Part shown: positions 42,949-55,156 of the stretch, in pieces | Layout: each line of letters opens with the position of its first letter | Numbering within the stretch: the first letter of the stretch is position 1 | Origin: Paramecium tetraurelia | Taxonomy: Eukaryota | Length of the DNA: 64,000 nt | Direction of reading: 5' to 3' | Assembly (NCBI GenBank): GCA_000165425.1 | Contig: CT868152.1 | Location: forward strand, 62,001 to 126,000 | Notes under the pieces: generated by a model | The model's database searches: none | What the model was told of the DNA's origin: nothing | What the model saw: only the letters and a program-made list of their open reading frames with translations | Translations under genes and position numbers: made by a program

Positions 42949-42975
42949 TATATATAATTAACAATAAATTAAATA

Positions 42976-44290
42976 ATGATCAATAAATTTATGGGGTATT
43001 TCAAGAATAGACCACCCTTTCAAAAGAGAGTGGCCAATTCATCCCTATTAAGTCAGTCAGATGAGATATTGTTAGATGATCTATTGTTCCTCATTTCTTG
43101 CTTTGAGAATAACCATTCAGAATTTATAACCAAAGCCCCATCTTATTACATAGAATAATACTTTACACTAGCTAACGAATAGTAATGAGTAATTCATAAC
43201 TCTTTAGGGAATATGCCAACTCCTATATCATTAGAAACAAAGTGTTTTTAACCTGCCACTTAATGCTGCATGAATTTTAATTAGGTATCGACTTCGCTGA
43301 TCATTTCCTCAATTAGAAATTCCCAGTTTTATTGGATAAAAAATCTCCTGTGTTTGTTAAAACTACCTCCCAGAAGGAAGAATGGCTGTCAGTAAACATC
43401 TAATTAAGTTACTTCTAATATCTTCAAAAATTGGCTGTGAACATACAAGTCTTCCACGCTTGCAAAGTGCAACAATACCCTTTGTTTTAAGAGGGATAAA
43501 AATTCATTGACATCCAAACTAAATTGCTTTGGCTCTTCAAGATTAGTAATCTAGTAAGACTTCAAATAACATTATAAGGTTAATAGTGGCTTGGGACAGA
43601 TGGAAATCTTAAAATAAGCCTTGCAGATGGTCCCAGAAGATATGCTGTTGAAAGAGATCGTCCTAGTTTATTGGTCTGACATCATAGTATTCTATAATTT
43701 TCTCAGTAAAGAAGTATATCAACATCCGTAACAAATAGATCTTATAATTGTTAGATTATTATAGACATCTAGCCACACATATTTGTCTATAATTTTATGA
43801 ACTCTACCTATAATTGTTTCAAATTAGAAATTCCATTTCCGATCTTTACAAATACCGTAAGCATTTTGATAGAGACAATGTTATTAAACAGCCTAAATGG
43901 TTTGATGTCAACAAACCAGTTCATAAATAAATAGAAGAATTCATGTTGAAACAAAAGTTGAATATTGGAAATAATACAGATAGAGCTGCCTCGAAACCAT
44001 AAATGTCAAGCAGAGGATCCAAATCTCAAATTGCACTAGACACCAGAATTGATTTAAGCAAATTACCTAGAACAAATAATAATACAATTAAAACTCATAG
44101 AGCAGGAAGACAAGGAGAAAGTGAAGGAGACGACGAAGATTTTGAATAACTTAAATAAATCCTGCAAAATTAGAATATCTAAACTAAATTAACAATGAAA
44201 AAATAATAAAAATAAAAATAACAAGATTCTGAAATTTCTTTTTAAAAATAATCTCAAGAAGAAGGAACAGATCTACCAAAAGGAGATTGA
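42976..44290 (+). CDS. Hypothetical protein; helical N-terminal domain (possibly ANTH-like) with low-complexity acidic tail
   Basis: Code-6 ORF with several tiny introns, ending EEGTDLPKGD-TGA. The domain call is weak. Confidence 0.55.
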
Positions 44291-44339
44291 ATAAACTTAT
44301 ATATCTATATAATTTTCATGTAATTATTTTTATAATATC

Positions 44340-44923
44340 AATTACATAGTATAAAATTGTTGCATTAATGTATAATTTGATAAACTATCTCATCGAGCTA
44401 TAATTTAAAATCCTTGTGTGTAGCATATATGTTAACCTAATATATAATACTTGTTACTCTAATTTATTTTCGGCAAGTATCTCTTTTTTAAATTCTTTAA
44501 GAAAATATATAAGGATTTACCTTATTATTGTTTACAGGATTATTTCAAAATTTCTACTAAATTCTTTCTTATTAGAAATATATCTTTTAAGTCTTACTTA
44601 CACAAGTTTTTCTAGTTTCCTACATCATAAATACACTAAATTAGCTAAAAATCCTGTTTTTCAACTAAACCAAATAAATCTTATGGTCTTTGATCTTTCC
44701 TAATGTCTAAGAAAATAATTTCTTGCATTTTCAATCATTTAAATACTTTAATTTAGAATGGATCGTATTTAATTTCAAATCTCATAATTCTTCTAAAATA
44801 ATAATTGATTTAGGAATCTTAAATGCAACCTTTCTCATCATTTATATCGACTTCTTATATCGTTACTCTCATTGTAAAAAAATTGAATATAGCATCTAAC
44901 TCAATAATTCTTCTCTTGTTCAT
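44340..44923 (-). CDS. Possible small hypothetical protein (boundaries uncertain)
   Basis: ATG at 44923 opens MNKRRIIELDAIFNFFTMRVTI..., with a plausible 25-nt intron near 44730-44750. 3' end unresolved. Confidence 0.3.
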
Positions 44924-45142
44924 ACTAAATAGATATATTTTAAATAGAAGTTATCTTAAATCATAAATTTATGGCCTATATTTAGATTTTTTTAAATACT
45001 TATTTAATCTATAAGGTATATATATCGACTAATTAAATTTTGGGAAGATGTCTAAAATCAATTATGTAATTGATCTCTTAATGTAATAGAGTTCTTATTT
45101 GTAGTAATTTATATTTATGTTTTATAATTTATATTATTAATT

Positions 45143-45982
45143 ATGTAAAAGACCTCTTTGGTCAATTTCTTGCACAATGGGTCTAATTACTATCCATTTG
45201 GAGATAAGCCTGAAAAACTTAGTTCAACTCAGGGAAGATTTGTACCTTTTATTTTTGAAAGGAATCAAGTTGGAAAACTAGCGAATGCTGAATTTTATCA
45301 CCTGAATACAAATCAGAAGAGTGCTAAGCAGAGAACTAGTGAGTAAGCCAATTCGTTGCTTGCAGACACAATCATTAAATCCAAATTACATACTGAACAA
45401 GACACACCAAAATATGATCCAATCACCAAGTATGTTACCTTGATACCGACAAGCCAAAAGATAGATGAATTACATAAGACAATAGACATCAAAACCTATA
45501 CTTTAAATCATACTTCTGTTGAGAGGGGATAGTTGATGAGGAAATAACAGAAAGGTCTAAATCATAAACATTAATTAATTAGTAGAAGTACTAAGACTCT
45601 GACATCTCAGATTCCTGCTATAGGAATTTATGATCCAATTCCTCTTAATAGACATCTACCTAACATTCAAATTAAATCGAAATCTATTCAAAAATTGCCT
45701 GAAGTTTGGGAACGCACTACTTAAGTTACTACTCCCAAAATTAATATTAAGAGCAGTGAATCTGAAATGATGTTTGCTAAATAAATTGCTCAAATCAACA
45801 GAGAAGTTGACTCGTAGATGAAAAGAAATCCAAATCAAAAGTTTTCAACATTGTAATTTGATGTTCATGAAAATATGAATTTGGAAGAGGCTGAACAGAT
45901 GAGAAATAGAATGAAGCAATATTTCTAAAGTGTTAAGGATAGTCTAACCAAAATTAAGAATCTCATTAACGTTAAACGTTGA
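45143..45982 (+). CDS. Hypothetical protein (279 aa)
   Basis: Uninterrupted code-6 ORF MQKTSLVNFLHNGSNYYPFG...LINVKR*, with one PAIGIYDP (SHIPPO-like) motif. Confidence 0.7.
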
Positions 45983-46085
45983 TAAAAATTAGATTTTTTA
46001 TAGATTATATCTCCATACATTTAAATTTATAATTATAGATTGAAATATACTAATTATTTATTGTCCAATAAATATTTAATTAATA

Positions 46086-47444
46086 ATGTCTTCTGCTAAA
46101 GTCCCTAACATAACAAGAATCAAAAGCAACCTAGAAAAGAAGTTTGTTGATGTTTATGGGAATAATCCCTAAAACTAACAAATGTTAGATTACATTATAA
46201 AAGAGTTAAAAGGTGAAACTGCATAAAGTGAAAAGAAAACCAAATCATCCAAACAATAACCCCTTTATTCTGAAGACAAGGCAGTCTAATCAGTGCCATA
46301 GACTGCCCCTTAAATGACAGAGAAGTTTAAGGAGAAAACTAAAGAACCAACAAATTAAAACCCTAAGCTGACAGAAAAACAATCTAGTCATGTATAAATA
46401 CATTAACAATTTAGCATGGTAAATCTGCATATGAAGTCGATTCTCTAAAATGGGGTAAATATGCAAAGGAATAGGATTAGAAGTAAAAATTAGAAGATGA
46501 AGAAAAATTAAAGAAACTAGCATAACAATAGGAAGATCTAAGATAGCAGCTATGCGAAATCAAATTGAGGAAACTGAAAGAGAAAGAGGATGAAAAGAAC
46601 TCAGATATAAGATTTGCAGAATAATAAAAATAATTGATCAAAAAACAAGAAGAACTCTCTAGATAAAATAAAGAAATGAAAGCCAAATAAAAAAAGGAAG
46701 AACTTTAATAAGTCAATGCTTACTTAGATAATTTAAAAAAAATGGAAAAAAAAGAAAGAAAATAAAGAATTGCAGAAGAACAACAAGAAATAGCTCAAGG
46801 TATTATTAGAAATTAAATTCTTAGTATTAAGAAAGATGTAAATTGATGATGAATAAGATAAAAAAAAGAAGTTAGAAAAACAGTTAGAAATGTAGAAGGT
46901 GTTAAAATAATATGATTAGGATTAAGTTAGATAAAAGTAGACAATAGAGAAAGAAAAAGAGGAAGACAGAAAAATAATGAAATAAAACAGTGAAATTATA
47001 AAGAAAAGGGATGAATAAAGAGAGAAGGAGAAAAATGATAGATTAAATAAAATTGATGGCATTGCCAATAGGTTCTAATAAACTGTTGACAAGGAATTGC
47101 AGGAAAAAATAAAAGAGGAAGAGAGAAAGTGCTAAAAACATATGAAGGATCAAGAAGAAAAGGAAAGGAGAGAAGAAGAAAGAAAGAGAAAGTCATAGGA
47201 GAGAAGAACCAAGGAAATGACTGATGAATTAAAAAGACAATAACAATAAAGAGAAGAAGCAAAAAGAAGAGAAATTGAGGAAGATAAGTAATTAGCTAAA
47301 CAAATTAAAGAGAAAATGATGTAAGATGAAAAAGTCTCTTTAATTAAAAGAGAAAAATATAATGAATAAATTTAAGATACAAATTAGAAAATTAAAGATT
47401 AAATGGAAGTTGAATAAAATAAGAAAAAGAAAAGAAAAACATGA
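46086..47444 (+). CDS. E/K/Q/R-rich coiled-coil protein (trichohyalin/TPH-like)
   Basis: MSSAKVPNITRIKSNLEKKFVDVYG... followed by a long charged helical tract. Ends KKKRKT*. Confidence 0.7.
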
Positions 47445-47499
47445 ATCTATACAATTTAAGTAGACTTTAATTAAAGAAAAGTATAAAATTAGTATTGAT

Positions 47500-49307
47500 T
47501 CAGTACTTAGCTAATCTCTATTTCAGTTTCGGAGCATCAAAATTATAAATTTTAACCTTATTTTCTAAAGAAGCATCATCTTCTAATTGTGTCATTCCAC
47601 CAATCTCAGTGAAGTTCTCATTTTATTCAAAATGATGTTAAATCTCCTTAACCTTTAATGGTTTATTGTTCTTATGCTACTAATTACGCTAGCTCTTGAT
47701 TTAACAAATATTTACATAGATTATTTATCCTTTTATAGTCTCTCTTCCAATTCTTCCAGATCTTAAAAGTCCTCTTGAAATTTTGACATCATTTAACTAT
47801 TATTATGCTATGATTATTATTATTAGGAGAGTACCTATTAAATCTATTATGATGATTGATTCCTTTCTCTAAAAGATTTCGATGACTATTATTAGATAAT
47901 AGAACTTCTAGAATCAGAGTTTTTATGGATTATTCCTCTCTCTTATAATCTACTTAATAATTTTGAAGAGCCTATTCTTACATTGCTTTGGGTAAATTAT
48001 GAATTTTAATAATTAATTAGAACAGATGATTGTTGAGAATTGATACAAGACGAAGAATAGCTATTAGCACTATTACCACTTTTGTTTACGCGTTATTCAG
48101 ATTAATGACGACTTCTAATTCTACTCTTGGAAGTATCTTTCTATTGTGAATTTAATTCTGTCCTATTTAAGTTTAACTCAGAATTTTTCGGTGATTTATC
48201 CTCGACTTTGCTTCTTCGCTAAATCTATTATCTAGTTTCCTATTAAGTTTATTCAGCAGTGACTTTAGTAGTCCCTTAACTAAATTCAGTCCAATCAAAT
48301 CTTTTATCATGTTTAAATCCATTTTGAATGGCTATTTATTCGAAAAGGGAGTACAGATAACGGTAATCTGGCGACGATTTATATTGAAGTTACTTAACAT
48401 ATTGAAAATATCTAAAATTATATTAAGTAATACTGATAAAATTATGGAGGACAGTCTTTACACAATTCCTCAATAGATATTTGAGATTTCATTTGACCAA
48501 CTATTTTCACCTTCTCTTTCTCATTGACGTTGTGAAAGGTCTGCCAAGGTAGTTTTCCTTTTAACATGTAAATAAACATATAGCCTATTGATTCTAGATC
48601 GTCTCTTCTACCCAATTCGTACCCTTTATGAGCATTGATACTAGCATATCTCGTTGTTCCTACAAATGGCTTGCTTTCCTTGAAGGGTCTAATTGAAGAT
48701 GATTTAAATTGGAATACGTATGAGTACCATCTGGTTCTCGATAGAACTTAGCTATTCCAAAGTCGGCGAGAAATATTTAATTTAATTCTTAATCTTTTCC
48801 AGTCATTATATTTTCTGGTTTCATGTCTCTATGAATAATTCCTCTATCAATTTATAAATTTTATTAAAGATACCTTCTATGAACTCCTTCAATAATTTAG
48901 ATCACTTGGAGAATAATGTTGACTACACATTTTAAAGAAAATGTTCTTAATTCCTTCATGTGATAGGATAGATCTCTTCCTAATAATTGCATGACTAGAC
49001 AATTGCGATCATGATCATTTCCTGCCCAAATGATTTTTGGAATCCCTATTTAAGTAAATTTCGAACCTGGAATCTTCCTCAATTCATCTAACATTTGGAT
49101 TTCCCTGTCTAATCCTATAACGTTGGTATCGTCCTTTTCGACTTTCATTGCAACATATTCTTTCGTTTATAAATCTTCGCATAGAAACACAACTCCAAAT
49201 GAACCTTAAGGCATAAATTAATTGCAAAATATACCTGCACTGATCTTCTTCTTTATAAAGAATCTATTATTGTATAATTTTTCGCTTTCAATTTAATCGA
49301 AATTCAT
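47500..49307 (-). CDS. CK1: Casein kinase 1 family Ser/Thr kinase with S/Q-rich tail
   Basis: GSFGVV, AMKVE, LVMQLLG, HRDMKPEN, DFGIAK, GTTRYASINAH, RRDDLES and KLPWQ motifs. Several tiny introns. Confidence 0.93.
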
Positions 49308-49406
49308 TCTTTTTTAATAAATAAATATTTAGGGAATTCGGTAAAGAAAGTTGAGATAATTTATATATTTATTCGATTATTAATTTTTATATACAATGTA
49401 TTGCTT

Positions 49407-50556
49407 TCATCTATTTTTATATTTAATTATTTTTTATTGTAAGTAGTGAATTATAGATTCGTATTTATCAGTCAATTCTTAAATCTTTTACAGATGGAAC
49501 TGGATTGGTATCATTTCCAGAGTTTGACTTTGAGTAGTCATTGAATTAAACTCATTGATCTAAAGTTAGGATTAGGTTTGAAATTACTATTAAACTGAAA
49601 ATTATGTTTAATGTTTAGATTATTACCTAACTATTTTTATTTATTGAAATTGTTGTCCGAACTAAAGAGTACCCAAAGCATCATCTATTTTCGTTGGAGC
49701 AAGACATAGGATAATCTTTAATTGTGCCTATCCCAAAAAGGAATTCGATAACAAATTAGTCAATTTTGATTCCCTAAATGGTATGTATATTCTTTGCATC
49801 TAAATTATCTTTTTTTATTTTTATTAATCAATCAAACACTAAATGCATCTGTGTAATGTAAAAATGCTCTTATTGTGAGTCACCATCTGTCCCGAATTCC
49901 CTTTGCTAACAGATCCGATTTAAATTATTTTTATTTTTGAGTTCTGCATAGTCTTTATTTCTATTACAACATGAATAATCGAGTCATTCAAGTTTTAAAT
50001 CACCTCACATAATTGCTTAGCTAATTCAATCCATTTCGATTGTCCAGTGGTACTCAAGTGATTCACAATCTATTCATTGTCAATAATAAATATTTTCAAT
50101 TCTGATATTTATTTTTATGAGTGCAGTTACTAAGAGTCTATAGATCACATATTTACATGAATCATCCTTATAGCAATCCCACTCTCTATGCTAACCAACC
50201 CTTATTTCAGTGTAAACAAGGATCCTATCGTACCAAACAGCGAATATGTTTTGCCGCTTCCTTATGAACCATATATAATCAAGTTTGAACTTATCCCATT
50301 TAAGGCATCTGTGACTATCGGATTTACAACACACAAGTAAATCTATTCTTAATCACATTGTGGATCAAAAATCTGATTGAATTCATACTATTACTCATAC
50401 AGATTAGATTTCGATATAATTATTTACTTCTAAGTAAAATGTATATTAAATTATAAGTACATCAGTGAACGATGATATACAGCTTTCCTCTTTGTCTTGA
50501 CTATTTAGATATGCTTTGATGCGAACTGCAACATATATTTAATTATAATTAATCAT
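49407..50556 (-). CDS. Degenerate kinesin motor-domain protein (pseudo-kinesin)
   Basis: IYVAVRIK, YEFNQIFD..QEQIY, YGSQGSGKTYSL, DNEQI, HNKSI and IPFRESKLTNLL. Switch I and II motifs are absent. Confidence 0.85.
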
Positions 50557-50560
50557 AATT

Positions 50561-52549
50561 TCATTTAGGTTGAATGGAAGCTAACTATTGTTTATAATAT
50601 TCTATAAGTTCTTGCCACTTAGCTTTGTTTTTGTCCAAGTTTTAAAAGAAAGGTTCATAAGCTGGAAGGAATCCTAAGACACATGCAAATGTAGGTTTCA
50701 CAACATAATCAATAAATCTGATAAAAAAGAAAAAGAATACCCCACTTATGCTTCAGCTGTGTTGGTTGTAAATCGATTACATAGATACGAGATTGGCAAA
50801 CCAAGGTCTCTCTCTTTGTCTCCTTACAACCAAAATTCAGCTAAGACCTTTTCTGTCCATTATTTGTAGATTTCAAAGCTTTTAGTAGGATTGGATACAT
50901 CAGAGGAATGTACAATCAAGTCCATCAATCTTTATTTATCCTTGCCATTGGGTTCAAAATCAGCTATTTTTGCATACTTAAATAATGAATACGAGCAGCA
51001 ATTCTACTATTAGTGATGGCAAGTTCTGAAGCATGATGAGCCATGTCTGTGGAAAGTACCATTAAGATAATCGATTCTCTTATGCGTCTGTATTTATGAA
51101 ATTAAAGATTTTCAAAAATATTGACTTTTTGATTTCCCCAGGCAATTTTGAAGCATTAGGAAGGATGATACATTTCTAAAACACTCTGATCATTGTATGT
51201 TAGAGCCAATTCATTTCTACTGTTGATTAAGAATGCATTAGTAAGTCCTGGATGTCCATAATCATGAATAGCTCCAGCAATTAACACACAGGCAATGTCT
51301 TATTCATCTAATTAACCGATTTCTATGAATTTGCATTTGCTTAGTAAGAAATTGCAAGTTTAAGCAACATCTTAAGCATGAACCTTACTGTGATATGGGT
51401 TATCAAGATATCCTTTCATTACCTCTTCACAAGTACCCTCTTACCACTTTCGGTTTAATTAGGAACACGTCAAACAGATTATAATTTTCAAAGAGAAACA
51501 ACATCAAATTCACCAATCCTTCGCCTCCTGATAGTTTGTCACATCTCAAAAGGATCAATATAAAGATCATCATGTTATTTATATAATATCTCCAGTAACT
51601 ATTCAATAATATAGTAAAATTACTCTTTTTGGAATATTAAGTTTTTAAAAATTAGCAATTACTTTCTTTTGTTGTTATTATTATTATTATTCATTTGTTA
51701 CAATTCGTTTGACTTCAGCTCTACCTTATTAACTTTGATTTAGCCAGGCCATAGCCTATTTAAATTGAAATATTGGCTTACTTCAGCATTGTCTTCATCC
51801 AATTTACCCATCTAATACAATTGATTATTTCCTATCTTGTCAATACAATAATCAATATCCAATTTCATATTTTCATCTTCCAACACTTCCTTCAACTCGG
51901 CCAAGAACCGTACTATTTTTTCAGCTGGTGTGGAAATAGTGGAAATCGTTGCCAATCTCCTAAATGTCTAGGCCTTTCTAATTAGGAGAAAGATTCTTAA
52001 GAATCGAAAGACAGCCTAGATTACCTTGATTACATTAGATGTTTTTTGATCAGCCAATTCAAATATCACAAAAAAGAGTGACAATAAGATAATTAGAGTG
52101 TCCAAAATCAACCATTTGTCTTTATAATATTTCTACATTATGTATTAAAATTACCTTAATGCCCCAAGCATACAAACCAACAAATATCTCTAGAATGAAC
52201 ACTATCAATATTCCAAGTTCTATCCAACTCAAAATTGATGAAACATTATTGAACTCAGTTTCATCAAGCAATTCCTCCAGGGCCACAATGATAAATATTA
52301 ATATTGCGTAAGCTCCCACTAATGCAATAATACTAATAGTAACAATCTTCGAATTAACATAATCTTGAAACCTTTGTTCAGATTCTGTATACAATCTAAC
52401 TGTTCACTGAATTAATTTTACCTCATATTAAGCTTCTTTCGAGGAACCTCAATCAATTTGTCAGTTCTTTTTGTTGAATCCACTCTCATTGTCTATTTAT
52501 CAGGATTCTCAAGACTTCTCTATTAAGAATCAGATCTTGATGGCAACAT
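50561..52549 (-). CDS. Class I 3',5'-cyclic nucleotide phosphodiesterase with N-terminal S1-S4 voltage-sensor domain
   Basis: Catalytic motifs NPYHSKVHAQDV, HDYGHPGLTNAF, YNDQSVLE, LSTDM, HSSDVSNP and EFWLQGDKE. Four N-terminal TM helices, the fourth being VFRFLRIFLLIRK. Confidence 0.92.
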
Positions 52550-52750
52550 CTGTATTAATTCAATTAAATATAAATTTAGTTTATCAATACAGTTTCTTAT
52601 ATCAATATTTGTATAATAGTTTAAGTGCTTTTTTCAACGCAACTTTGGTTCTCATAACCTCTCTCCCCTCTCATTAGTTCAAACTTTATTCCCTGTATTA
52701 ATTACACGCTTTAGTTTAATCACCAAATATCTGTTATATTTAATTATTAA

Positions 52751-53700
52751 ATGAAATTGTCTCCAATATGTTAAACATTAATCCACTCCAAATCAAACCC
52801 CTTGTCTCCAGTCATTCAGAACATCAAAAAGCACAGCGTCCATAGCATTGAAAACGAAAAAAAGGACAACAAGTATTTAATTGGTTGTTAACTATTTTAG
52901 CAATCAGTTAGAATTGAGAATTAATCAATTAGTGGAAGAAAACAAAAAGGTTAATCTCTAATTGAATGATAAAATTAAAGAAAATGAATAATTAAGAGGC
53001 CAAATCATGGAATAAGAAATTCAAATCAATAAATTAAAAGGCATTGAACATGAACTCATATTGGTCAAAGAAATATCTGATATTAGATTCCAAGATGTAA
53101 TGCATCTCCATTAATTCTAGTATGAAAAATCCAAATTATAAGCGGAACATTTATATTAAGAATTAACAGACATTTAATCAGTATTCTAAGACTCCTCTAA
53201 TAAGCTCATGCAACAATCAGAGGAAATTCAATAATGGAAAATCAGATACGCTGAATTAGATTCAACAAGACTCTAATAAATGCAAGGTAAAAATAATCAA
53301 TCTATTTCGAGAGTTGAAATAAAAGGTTCTTTAATAATAGGAAGAGGATGAGTAAAAGTAATCATTTCTTAAAGTTATCACTGAAATGGAAAAAACTATA
53401 ATATCTTTACAGGATTAATTGAAATAGAAGGATGATTCATTAAAATTGGCTAATGATGATCTCAATCAATGGAAAATTAAATATTCTAAGGTTTAAGTCT
53501 AGTAAAAGTAACTTGCCAATGATAAGGAAAAAGATTAGAAAATATAGATGCTAATAGATGAAATCGAACGATTAAATGATCTATTAGGCTAAAGAAATGA
53601 TGAAATATATACACTCAAAAGATTGGCAGAAAAAACTGCCCAGCTGATTTCGATCAGTTAAAGAGCATAAAGATCAGCAAGTGGTCAAAAATATAAATGA
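52751..53700 (+). CDS. Coiled-coil hypothetical protein
   Basis: MKLSPICQTLIHSKSNPLSP..., heptad-rich (LIDEIERLNDLL). Two tiny introns. TGA at 53698. Confidence 0.68.
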
Positions 53701-53785
53701 TATTATAATTTATTTTAGATTACTTACTTACTTTATATTCATTAAGTTTGATTGAATTAAAAAACTATTTTTCATTTATTAAATT

Positions 53786-54489
53786 ATGTAATCTGAATAC
53801 TGAAATAAATCCAAAAAGTGAACTTTAAAAAGCAAGAGGAGCATAGAAACTAATAGGATATAAAATTCAAGTGGCTATATGTTATGGCTAAGGTATGGAA
53901 CATGATTAATAATATTATAATTACTATTTGAGTCTATTATGCTATCAAATTTTTGGTTGAAATAAGAAAAGAAATAAAATTTTCTGACTTACAATATATA
54001 CATACTTCAGCGTAAAATAGGGATCCAAATTTAAACTTTGAATTTGAGAGTGTAAATAGAAAAGAATCAAAGTCTTTTCTTTTTCTATCCTTATTTAATT
54101 CCAAACATTCTGTTTTGGATACTCTTAAAAATTAATCATATGATATAGACTCTTTAATTTTAAAGCTGATTTAAGATTGAAAAAAATATAAAATCAAATT
54201 TTATCTCATAGCAACTTTAGAAATGATATTTTCTGAGGCATTTCTTCAAATTACAAAAGCATTATTAAAGATATATTCAAAAATTGAAAATATAATAAAT
54301 TAAAGAACACTAGAAATAAACAGTATTTGATTAATAAAATGTCTGGATTAGGAACTGCCTATGGATAATTTTCAGAAACACTCCAGAAAGTTTTACTGAT
54401 AGATTGAGAATTAGTTGCATTAATGAAAACCTTTTGAAAAGAAGTAAGTTCTACAAAATCATATTGATATCGAAGAAGAGCATATATGA
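53786..54489 (+). pseudogene. Probable pseudogene of a helical protein
   Basis: Protein-like frame (AIKFLVEIRKE...LIQD*KKY...LEMIFSEAF...NSI*LIK...KFY*QIE..LHQ*KP...IDIEEEHI*) broken by multiple in-frame TGA. Confidence 0.5.
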
Positions 54490-54697
54490 TTTTATTTTAT
54501 AAAAACTATTGTACTATTGGATATGTATCAATTTTGTTTAAGTTTATTATGCGCATTTTGTAGAATGAAATGGATAAGATAGTATAAAAAATGCTTTTGA
54601 GAATGCCTTCAGAAAATAATGTAAAACTGTTGGCCTTAAGAAAAAGCGTGATTGAAATGAACCATTTATATATATTGTACGATTGTATGTATCAATT

Positions 54698-55156
54698 TCA
54701 TTGTTATGCTGTTTCTGTTTATTCTTCAGCTCTTCTTGGTCCTCTGTTTCCTCCTCTGCCGAATGGTTTATTGCCTCTTGGACCCCTTCTTTCAGGGACA
54801 TCTTCTTCGAACTTTTTATCAGCCTTCTTGAAAGTAGCTGGAATAACATCTTCGACAATGCCTTATTGTTAGATGATTTCATCATACCCAACTTATCTCT
54901 TACATATTTAACTCCTTCAGCCTTGAGATAATAGTAGTAGTATTGCCATGAGAACACCAAATCAACAAGCTTCTTATCTCTCAAACTTCTCAAGAGCATC
55001 CAAACTTCCAAGTTTTTTACTCCTGTTTCAGCATGAAGTGGGAGAGCCATATCCTTATGAATTCCTATGAAAATGTACCTTCTTGATAACAATAACACCT
55101 TCCAACAACAAATATTCATAGACCTTTCTTCTGTCTTATCTCTTGACTTGAACCAT
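54698..55156 (-). CDS. RPS10: 40S ribosomal protein S10 (eS10)
   Basis: MVQVKRQDRRKVYEYLLLEGVIVIKK|D...VKNLEVWMLLRSL...FSWQYYYYYLKAEGVKYVRDKLG|IVEDVIPAT, with an RG-rich tail. Two tiny introns. Confidence 0.96.

Noticed and set aside
54862..54888. ATGATGA C-box-like motif in an RPS10 intron
   Set aside because: The intron is only ~26 nt with no D box, too short for a snoRNA.
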